This document shows, piece by piece, positions 57,455-64,000 of a stretch of DNA of 64,000 nucleotides (positions within the stretch are counted from its first letter, which is position 1; each line of letters opens with the position of its first letter). Made by a program: the position numbers and the translations under genes. The notes beneath the pieces are model-generated. The model searched no databases. It saw only the letters and a program-made list of their open reading frames with translations, and was not told the origin of the DNA. Origin of the DNA: Candidatus Binataceae bacterium (GTDB lineage: Bacteria > Desulfobacterota > Binatia > Binatales > Binataceae). The stretch lies in the NCBI GenBank assembly GCA_041491005.1, contig JBGPUE010000005.1, forward strand, positions 1,165 to 65,164, in the 5' to 3' direction.

Positions 57455-57982
57455 CTGACCTCCTCCTCTCAGCATGGAGTTACCTATCAACAAGAACAAA
57501 GCGCCGCAGGTGTGGAAAAGTCAATGGCAGTGTCAACCGCGCGGGAGCTGTTCTGCACAGGAACGATCACGATGCAATAGCGTCGCCGGCGATTGGTCCA
57601 TCGACACGAAGCGCTACTGATGGCGGCTTCTGCGGTTGAGTCAACCGCAATACGCGTCGGTCATAAGCGATTGCTTGCGGTCCGGTGCGCCTATGCGGGA
57701 TGCGGGAAATCGACTCGAAGATTCCTTAGCGCACACGTAACATCCAATACGATCAGGAGGATCAGGTCGTGACTTACGCCCGCTCTGCGGCGCGAACGAC
57801 TTCAGTGCGCGGTGCGCCGTTCGGCGATATCAGCGATCAGTTCGCACCACTGTCGCCCCGCCTTTGGGTATCGCCGGAGTCCGTCACGGCTTGTGGATAA
57901 ATGATCACGCATGTCGATACGGTGGGCGGCTCGTCGCACGCATCGTTCTTGGCGGAGTCGATCGGACCGCGCCAAGGAGGAG

Positions 57983-59128
57983 TCACGCGCGGGTTTCCGG
58001 CTCCGCGAGTTGCGTCCGCATCTGCACCAGGCGCGCGATACCCGAGCGTGTGATGAGTCCGACCAGCCGGTCCTGCTCGATCACGAGCAGGCGCCCGGCA
58101 TCGGCGTCGGCCATCTGGCGCAGCGCGTCGGCGATGGTTGCTTCCGGCGTGATTTCGACCGCGCGATCCAGTGGATGCATCACCTCGCGCACGCGCCGTT
58201 GCAGCCGCTCGCTGGCGGTGCAATGGCGAACCTCGGCTAGCGAGAGAACGCCCTTTGCGCGGCCGTCGCTGATCACCGGGAAGCCGCCGAAGCCGAGCTT
58301 GAGAAAATAATTCTCGACCGCCTCGGCGACCGATAGTTCGGCCTCGATTGTGACCGGTTCGCGCACCATGATATCGCGCACCCGCGCATGGCTCAGCATG
58401 TCGTCGACCAGCATCGTCTGGTAGCTTCCGGTCGCGGCGTTGCGCACGAACAGCCCGATGAAGATCAGCCACATCCCGCCGACCAGCGAACCCGCAAAAA
58501 CCTGTAGCGCGCCAAGACCCATCAGCCCGTAGCCGAGGCCGCGGCCCCAGTCGGCCGCACGCGCGGTGGCTTTGCGCAGATCGCCCGAGCGCCACCACAG
58601 GATCGCGCGGAACAGCCGGCCGCCATCGAGGGGAAATCCCGGCAGCAGATTGAACAGCGCCAGCGCGACGTTGATGAACGCCAGGTAGCTGACTACCGCA
58701 TCCCAAAGCACCCAGGATTGCGGCAACGCGATGTGTACGAGCCAGAATGCGGCCGCGAGCATCAGGCTCATCAGCGGCCCGGCGAGCGCTATCTTGAACT
58801 CGTCGCCGGCGCTGCGTGGCTCGTGCGACAGATGCGCCATGCCGCCGAAGATGAAGAGCGTGATGCGCCTGACGTCCTCGCCCAAGCGGTTGCCGACGGT
58901 GGCATGCGACAGTTCATGCGTCAGGACGGAGGCGAAGAACAGCAATGTCGCGGCGAGCCCGACGATCCAGTAGGCGGCCCAGCCGTAGCCGGGATACCGA
59001 TGGGGGAAGTAACCGGCCGAAAGACTCCAGAGCACCAGCCCGAAAACGATCAGCCAGGAGTAATCGAGTGCGATCTCGATTCCCGCGATCTTGCCCAGCT
59101 CGATCGAGCCTCGGCGTTCAGACGGCAT
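57983..59128 (-). CDS. Site-2 protease-family (M50) zinc metalloprotease with tandem CBS domains
   Basis: It has HExxH in a TM helix (LTHELSHATVGNR), multiple TM segments, and a C-terminal CBS pair (VRDIMVREPVTIEAELSVAEAVENYF ... VREVMHPLDRAVEITPEATIADALRQMADADAGRLLVIE). Confidence 0.8.
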   Translation of the reverse strand: MPSERRGSIELGKIAGIEIALDYSWLIVFGLVLWSLSAGYFPHRYPGYGWAAYWIVGLAATLLFFASVLTHELSHATVGNRLGEDVRRITLFIFGGMAHLSHEPRSAGDEFKIALAGPLMSLMLAAAFWLVHIALPQSWVLWDAVVSYLAFINVALALFNLLPGFPLDGGRLFRAILWWRSGDLRKATARAADWGRGLGYGLMGLGALQVFAGSLVGGMWLIFIGLFVRNAATGSYQTMLVDDMLSHARVRDIMVREPVTIEAELSVAEAVENYFLKLGFGGFPVISDGRAKGVLSLAEVRHCTASERLQRRVREVMHPLDRAVEITPEATIADALRQMADADAGRLLVIEQDRLVGLITRSGIARLVQMRTQLAEPETRA

Positions 59129-59164
59129 GAGGATGCCTTCGAGCTACGCGCGCGGCGTGCGAAA

Positions 59165-59851
59165 TCAGCGCTTGACGGTGACGGGCGGGGTGGTCTCGCT
59201 CATCGTGGTCCAGACTTCATCGTCCGTCATCTCATATGCGCTCTTGCGGCCCGGCGGATATTGCATCAGTGGCTTGCTCGGATCGGGCTTGGGTTGCGCG
59301 ACGCGCCCGGCCTGCGACTGGAACTCCGGCGGATTCTTGTAGCGATCGAGATCTTGCGGACCGATGCCACATCGGCGGACCACTTCCGGATCGATCCAGG
59401 CCTCGGCGTCGATCGGTTTGCCCTCCGATGTCGAGAACTCGAGCATGATGCCTTCGGGCGCGGCGAGGTAGATCGATTTGCAGAAGCCATGATCGATCGG
59501 CCCCATGATCCAATGCCCATGTGCGCGCACGCGATCGCGAATCGCGAGCAGGTCATCGAAGGTGTCCACGTTGAGCGCCAGATGCTGCATCACGCCCGCG
59601 GCGACCGGGGCCGCCGTCCAGGGCGCATGCGACACGCCGGGCATGGGCTGGATCTCGCCAACTTCCGGTCCCTCGACGAACGCGATCGATCCGCCACCCA
59701 TCTTGAGGAAGCCGTGATAGGTGTTCTTCACCCCATGCATCCAGTAGAGCGCGACCAGTTGCATCCCGACGACCTGCGAGAAGAACTCGACCTGCGCCTT
59801 CATATCCTTGGTGCAGATGGCGATGTGATGGACCCCGTTTGGCAGACCCAT
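59165..59851 (-). CDS. VOC-family (glyoxalase/extradiol dioxygenase-like) protein
   Basis: It has MGLPNGVHHIAICTKDMKAQVEFFSQVVGMQLV and a second module with HLALNVDTFDDLLAIRDRVRAHG. Confidence 0.7.
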   Translation of the reverse strand: MGLPNGVHHIAICTKDMKAQVEFFSQVVGMQLVALYWMHGVKNTYHGFLKMGGGSIAFVEGPEVGEIQPMPGVSHAPWTAAPVAAGVMQHLALNVDTFDDLLAIRDRVRAHGHWIMGPIDHGFCKSIYLAAPEGIMLEFSTSEGKPIDAEAWIDPEVVRRCGIGPQDLDRYKNPPEFQSQAGRVAQPKPDPSKPLMQYPPGRKSAYEMTDDEVWTTMSETTPPVTVKR

Positions 59852-60007
59852 GGGAGACCTCCTTGGCCGGCGCCCCGACCGCGTATGCGATCAGTGCCAC
59901 GATCGCACCCTATTCATCAAGAGATCGAAGCCGCGCAGGACGCAAAACCGTGGGCGCTTATGCGGCGAGTTTGGCTGTGCTAGAAGCGGTTTTCGAGGGA
60001 GCTCGAA

Positions 60008-60940
60008 ATGCGCAGGATTCTGAGGATTGCGGTCAGGATACTTGCGGTTCTTGCCATCGTGGTCGTCGTTGCCGCGGTCTTCCTGTTGGGCTCGCCGGGC
60101 ATCCCCGATCATTCCGACTACCAGCTCGACATCAGCAAGCTTCGCCGACTGGCTGGTGAGCCGCAGGGGCCGCGCCCGCTTCGGCTCAATGCGGCGGTCG
60201 TGGCGGAAGCGATGGTCCCGGCGGCGATCTTTCTCGGCGGACTCCGCCTCGATCGCCATCATGCCGCCTTCCCCGCCTACCAGGTGCTCTATCCCGTTGG
60301 GATGGTGATCATCGACGCGCCGCCCGGCCGCGGGTATTTTGCGAATTCGTTTCCGGGCAAATTCAACGATGATCAGTTCGCGGCGGTGCAGCGGGCGCTC
60401 AGCCAAGCGCGCGCGATCGTGATCACGCATGAGCACGCCGACCATCTCGGCGGCATCGCCCAATCAAGCGAGCTGCCGAACTTCGCAGCGCATCTGATGC
60501 TCACTCGCGAGCAGCGCGACGATCGCCGCTGGCTCAGCGATGCCAAATTTCCCGAGAACGTGCGGACGGCGCTGCATCCGGTCGAATACGATCATTACTA
60601 TGCGCTGGCTCCGGGCGTTGTACTCATCAAGGCGCCCGGCCATACGCCCGGCAGTCAGATGGTCTACGTGCGGCTCGCCGACAATTCCGAATACCTGCTG
60701 CTCGGAGACGTGGCATGGGCGATGGAGCAGGTGAGTATTCCGAAATGCCGTCCGCGGCTGCCCGAACTGATGATGGGTGAGAACAGCGCGCAGGTGACTT
60801 CCGAGCTGCGTGCGCTGCATGACTTCGCAGCCGCCAACCCGGCCGTGCATCTGGTGGTATCGCACGACGCGCAGCAGCTATCGGACTATGAGGATGCAGG
60901 CCTGATCGGAAAGAGCTTCGCCGCGCCGTCAGGCTCGTAA
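60008..60940 (+). CDS. MBL-fold metallo-hydrolase with N-terminal membrane anchor
   Basis: The N-terminal TM is ILAVLAIVVVVAAVFLL. It has the His motif VITHEHADHLGG and a downstream HTPGS. Confidence 0.75.
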   Translation: MRRILRIAVRILAVLAIVVVVAAVFLLGSPGIPDHSDYQLDISKLRRLAGEPQGPRPLRLNAAVVAEAMVPAAIFLGGLRLDRHHAAFPAYQVLYPVGMVIIDAPPGRGYFANSFPGKFNDDQFAAVQRALSQARAIVITHEHADHLGGIAQSSELPNFAAHLMLTREQRDDRRWLSDAKFPENVRTALHPVEYDHYYALAPGVVLIKAPGHTPGSQMVYVRLADNSEYLLLGDVAWAMEQVSIPKCRPRLPELMMGENSAQVTSELRALHDFAAANPAVHLVVSHDAQQLSDYEDAGLIGKSFAAPSGS

Positions 60941-61192
60941 AGATCGCACCACGAGCAGGTACCGAAAGAGTTTCTAGCCTTCGTCGACGTGCTCGGCTGG
61001 CCGCCTGAAGCATCGCGCATTTACGGTGAGATAAGAGCCCGACTCGAGGCGAGAGGGCGTCCAATCGGCGCGATGGATCTGCTCATTGCAGCTCATGCGC
61101 TCCATGAGCGCGCCACGCTGGTGACCCGCAACCGCCGCGAGTTCGCGAGGATTGAGGGGCTTAGAGTCGAAAGCTGGGAGTCCGCTTCTTAG
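60941..61192 (+). pseudogene. Truncated VapC-like PIN-domain toxin (C-terminal half only)
   Basis: The in-frame translation from just after the upstream stop gives ...IYGEIRARLEARGRPIGAMDLLIAAHALHERATLVTRNRREFARIEGLRVESW, the C-terminal VapC pattern. The N-terminal catalytic half is absent and no antitoxin ORF is adjacent. Confidence 0.5.
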
Positions 61193-61253
61193 TCGGCTAC
61201 TCCCCCGCGTAACTCAGTCGATCACGGGAGCGCCCTTTGGCCCCACAACGATT

Positions 61254-61276
61254 CTGGTGGAGGCGGGGGGAATTGA
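61254..61276. repeat. 23-bp direct repeat copy A (tggtggaggcggggggaattgac), candidate att-like site
   Basis: It is an exact match of 22-23 nt to 62127-62149, read directly. Confidence 0.6.
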
Positions 61277-61392
61277 CCTATCGAGAGCTACGCGATCCTT
61301 TAAGTATTTGGATTTTCGAACCTCTCAAATCGCTCAAAACTGCGGAAACGCGGCCATTTAGCACAAAACCGACACACGGGTCTCGAGTCCTA

Positions 61393-61821
61393 CTACTTGT
61401 TTAGATCAAGATACTTTGTGAACTTATCCGCGGCCACTCTGTACTGCGCAAGAAACCATCCTATTTCCATCTCGTGAGCTTCCACGATCTTCGGCCTTTC
61501 ATCCGCTGGCGGCATTTCCCTCAATTGTTCCCTTGTAAGCCAGAGTTTTCGCCCGTGGTCAAAGACTTCACCCGCATACGCCGGGATTTCAGGACCGAAT
61601 AACCAACGCGCCTCATGGGTGGCGCCTTTGAATCGAAGAAGGTCTCCTTGGTCAACCTTGCCGTCAAACTGCACGCGGTCAAAGAGCCGTGTAAACTCGT
61701 GGTATTTGCTCAAATACCGGTCATGATTTTCAACGCGCAGCATACGACTCTTCGCGCGCCTACCAGCAAGCCACCCAGCAAGAAACGAGACCAACCATTC
61801 TCCGAACTGAATCACCACCAT
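61393..61821 (-). CDS. Hypothetical protein (low-GC islet cargo)
   Basis: The ORF sits in a ~50% GC segment. It has an N-terminal hydrophobic stretch WLVSFLAGWLAG. No family was recognised, and the start is placed at MVVIQFGEW. Confidence 0.3.
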   Translation of the reverse strand: MVVIQFGEWLVSFLAGWLAGRRAKSRMLRVENHDRYLSKYHEFTRLFDRVQFDGKVDQGDLLRFKGATHEARWLFGPEIPAYAGEVFDHGRKLWLTREQLREMPPADERPKIVEAHEMEIGWFLAQYRVAADKFTKYLDLNK

Positions 61822-61879
61822 GACTTCACCTCCACATAAACGGAGCAGGTACGTAGCTGGCAAACGGGGTTCCCACGGT

Positions 61880-62071
61880 TCACGATGAAACCTCACCGCT
61901 ACATTTCGGACACGTATAGTGCGACGGAGGATTGCGCCTCGTCTCCCCGATAAACTTCTCAGGCACATTGACCTCACCCGAGCCGTCACACATGTCGCAC
62001 TTCAGTTCCAATTTGTAGACGGCGTCCTGAGCCGCATCCACGACTAACGTCTCTTTCAAAATTCGGCTCAT
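61880..62071 (-). CDS. Small zinc-ribbon-like protein (two CxxC pairs)
   Basis: It is 63 aa with CDMC...CPKC. It lies in the low-GC islet, and its coding status is uncertain. Confidence 0.3.
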   Translation of the reverse strand: MSRILKETLVVDAAQDAVYKLELKCDMCDGSGEVNVPEKFIGETRRNPPSHYTCPKCSGEVSS

Positions 62072-62126
62072 TTCCCAGTCTCCGCTTATCTCAATCCCAC
62101 GCCTTCAATAGGCTAGTCCCGAAAAG

Positions 62127-62149
62127 TGGTGGAGGCGGGGGGAATTGAA
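62127..62149. repeat. 23-bp direct repeat copy B, embedded in a tRNA/tmRNA-like 3'-end signature on the minus strand
   Basis: The minus-strand reading of 62127-62160 is AGCAAGCGGGAUUCAAUUCCCCCCGCCUCCACCA, a T-loop-like UUCAAUU followed by an acceptor-like stem and CCA. Confidence 0.5.
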
Positions 62150-62662
62150 TCCCGCTTGCTCGGAGGTCCGAGGAGGAAAAGGTAATGTCCTCGGGCTCTT
62201 TTCGAATACTCACTTACCGCGATCTACCGATTTCTACCGCCTACTGTCCCCGTGGGGACGCTTCCAAAAGGAAAGCCCCGCTCAAAGAAGCAGGGCTCAC
62301 TAATCCGACTTTTTTCGGGGGCACCGGGAAGGGTGCTGACCGGCCGAAAGGCCGGGGGGAGCTGGCAGAGCAGCGGCCGCCGGCGGAACTTACGGGACGT
62401 CCCGGAGGGACCCCGGCCGCAGGCGCTTATCAGGATCCGCCAGCTCCCGCACTTCCCGTACGCCCGCCGTCTCAGGAGTCGTCAACCTGAGGATGGCCGG
62501 TGTGAAGCGTGGACAGCGTATGGACCGTGCAGACCTACGGTCTTTAGGAGGTGTCGAATGGTCACCCGCCGTGCTTGTACGCGTGTGGAGGCGGCATCGC
62601 GAAGAGTTTCCGCCTGGTCCAAGAGTGCTGCCTTCAGTGTAGGTAAACCCTACAGAGTGTCA

Positions 62663-63982
62663 ATGCTTGGCGCCGCTAGCGCGATTCTCCTCCTGGTGCT
62701 GATGGCGACCGTGCTCGCGCGACCGGCTCATGCGGCGGATGAGACATATCTTTCGGCCGAGGCGCTCTCGGTGGATATCTCGGGGCGTGAGACGTTCAGC
62801 ACCGTGGCGCTCGATCCCGACTACTATTACCACGCGATCGTTACAGGCGTGGTGCACATTGTTGAGCACTCGTTGTTTGCGTCTGACCAACTGACGTCGG
62901 GTGACCCTCTGTACCTGACCGATGCCGTCGGCAATTTCACGCGGCGTGAAGAGGATAGAGTCAGGTTCAGTGCGCGTTCCAGGTTGATCACCGAGGACCG
63001 TGTGAAACACCGGTACGTATTCCGCCTCACCGGTAACGGCGAACGGTTGTCAATCAGTTTCCCGTTGGCGTGGGCCCCTCCCGACGTTGACCGGGAGAGG
63101 TTGGACGCGTTGCACGTTGTGCTTATGCGTTCCGGTCGGCTGACGTTTTGGGAGCGGTTTTCGGGCGAAGAGGTAGGGACTTCGCTGAAGTCTGCGCTCG
63201 GCTGGGTTCTGCTCGCGCTCGTGATCGTGACCCCGGTCATCCTGCTGATACTGCACGAAATTAGGTCCGCTAGGCGGCGAAGCGTGGATGGCGAAGCGCG
63301 GGAGAAGGCGCATAGGCAGGGTCAAAGAATCGGACGAATAAGAGAGGCGCGGAAGGCCCGCGAGCTGGCGGATGAAAAAGGGCGGAAGGTCCAGGCCGCG
63401 CGCGCAGAGGAGGAGCGGCGGATGCGGGAGCGCCTCGCTCAGCAAGAGAAGGAAATTCGCGAACGCTTCACGAGGCTCTGCCACAAATACGAAAAGCTGG
63501 AGCACTACGGGGATCCCAAGTTTCTCGAGGATCACGCCCGCAAGTACCGCCAGAAGCTGATCGCTGACCGGGATCAAATAATCAAAGAGTACCTGGAGTT
63601 GAAAGCTGATGAACCAATGATTGCCATGCTCGAGAAGGAAGCGCCGCACATCTTCGGGCGTGCGATCTGGCGGATCGAAGCGCTCGCTTGGGCGGAAAAG
63701 CTGGATGTCTCAGAACCACCGGCGCGCAAGAAGAAGAGCCCGGAAGAGTTTCGCGCGATCAAGACGACATTCGAGCTTCACAGGGCGCGCGACAAGATCG
63801 AGAGCGCGAAGACCAAACTCGAGAGCCTGCGCGATATGAAGGAAATGCTCGACCAGTTCGAGCCCATGGATCCCGAAGATCGCGAGCGATTGGAGCGGGA
63901 GTTGAAGGAGCAGATCTTGAGCGAGAGAGAAGAACAAAACGAGAATCAGGGCAAGATTCTCGGTTCACCGAACGGCCGCTAG
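62663..63982 (+). CDS. Single-pass membrane protein: signal peptide, ~190-aa extracytoplasmic domain, TM helix, long Lys/Glu/Arg-rich coiled-coil cytoplasmic tail
   Basis: It has the signal peptide MLGAASAILLLVLMATVLARPAHA, the TM LGWVLLALVIVTPVILLILHEI, then a highly charged helical tail (REKAHRQGQRIGRIREARKARELADEKGRKVQAARAEEERRMRERLAQQEKEIRER...). An alternative upstream ATG at 62558 has a strong RBS (aggagg). Confidence 0.5.
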   Translation: MLGAASAILLLVLMATVLARPAHAADETYLSAEALSVDISGRETFSTVALDPDYYYHAIVTGVVHIVEHSLFASDQLTSGDPLYLTDAVGNFTRREEDRVRFSARSRLITEDRVKHRYVFRLTGNGERLSISFPLAWAPPDVDRERLDALHVVLMRSGRLTFWERFSGEEVGTSLKSALGWVLLALVIVTPVILLILHEIRSARRRSVDGEAREKAHRQGQRIGRIREARKARELADEKGRKVQAARAEEERRMRERLAQQEKEIRERFTRLCHKYEKLEHYGDPKFLEDHARKYRQKLIADRDQIIKEYLELKADEPMIAMLEKEAPHIFGRAIWRIEALAWAEKLDVSEPPARKKKSPEEFRAIKTTFELHRARDKIESAKTKLESLRDMKEMLDQFEPMDPEDRERLERELKEQILSEREEQNENQGKILGSPNGR

Positions 63983-64000
63983 GCGGGAGGGAAGGGCACA

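Noticed and set aside
62185-62557. ORF 62185..62490 and the N-terminal part of ORF 62252..63982
   Set aside because: These are Gly/Pro/Arg-rich translations across the non-coding gap that more plausibly holds a structured RNA or leader. The downstream protein has a proper RBS and signal peptide starting at 62558/62663.

Overview
High-GC (~67-68%) bacterial chromosomal segment. It is gene-dense on both strands, with lower-GC (~50-55%) islets at 20.7-22.1 kb and 61.2-62.1 kb and three short AT-rich upstream islands. All family assignments are from motif recall and domain architecture; no database search was run. Main contents: (1) A secreted collagen-like (Gly-X-Y) repeat protein divergently paired with an MBOAT O-acyltransferase and a putative partner. 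(2) A tightly overlapping minus-strand polyphosphate-related operon: macro domain, Ppx/GppA-HD, two tandem thymidylate-kinase-like P-loop proteins, CHAD, SixA. (3) A peptide/nickel-type ABC importer (substrate-binding protein plus two permeases) interrupted by a frameshifted YVTN beta-propeller gene. (4) MtnA, an SDR, an RRM RNA-binding protein and an aldose 1-epimerase. (5) A ~1.4 kb low-GC islet inserted at the 3' end of an enoyl-CoA hydratase gene, flanked by a diverged ~130 bp duplicate of that gene end. (6) A CoxM/S/L-type three-subunit molybdenum hydroxylase with a MoaD-like gene, and crotonase / APH-like kinase / acyl-CoA dehydrogenase genes. (7) A REP-like GGGAGAGGG...GGGTGAGGG palindrome family, including a composite foldback element with perfect 36-40 bp inverted repeats. 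(8) A ~20 kb Wzx/Wzy-type exopolysaccharide locus whose first genes (Wza, chain-length determinant, ExeA-like ATPase with LysM, BY-kinase homologue with Walker-A Lys->Ala) resemble the XrtA/PEP-CTERM-associated EPS loci. It continues with a WbpB/D/E-like 3-acetamido-sugar trio, a priming sugar transferase, flippase, FemAB-like protein, GT2, deacetylase-like protein, GT4, a short UGDH-family protein, a Wzy-like polymerase and a beta-helix protein. (9) A 1162-aa secreted protein with an internally duplicated ~215-aa domain and Thr/Ala/Pro linker repeats. (10) A site-2 protease, a VOC protein, an MBL hydrolase, a VapC remnant and a 23-bp direct-repeat-bounded low-GC islet next to a tRNA/tmRNA-like 3'-end signature. 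No rRNA or CRISPR array was seen.
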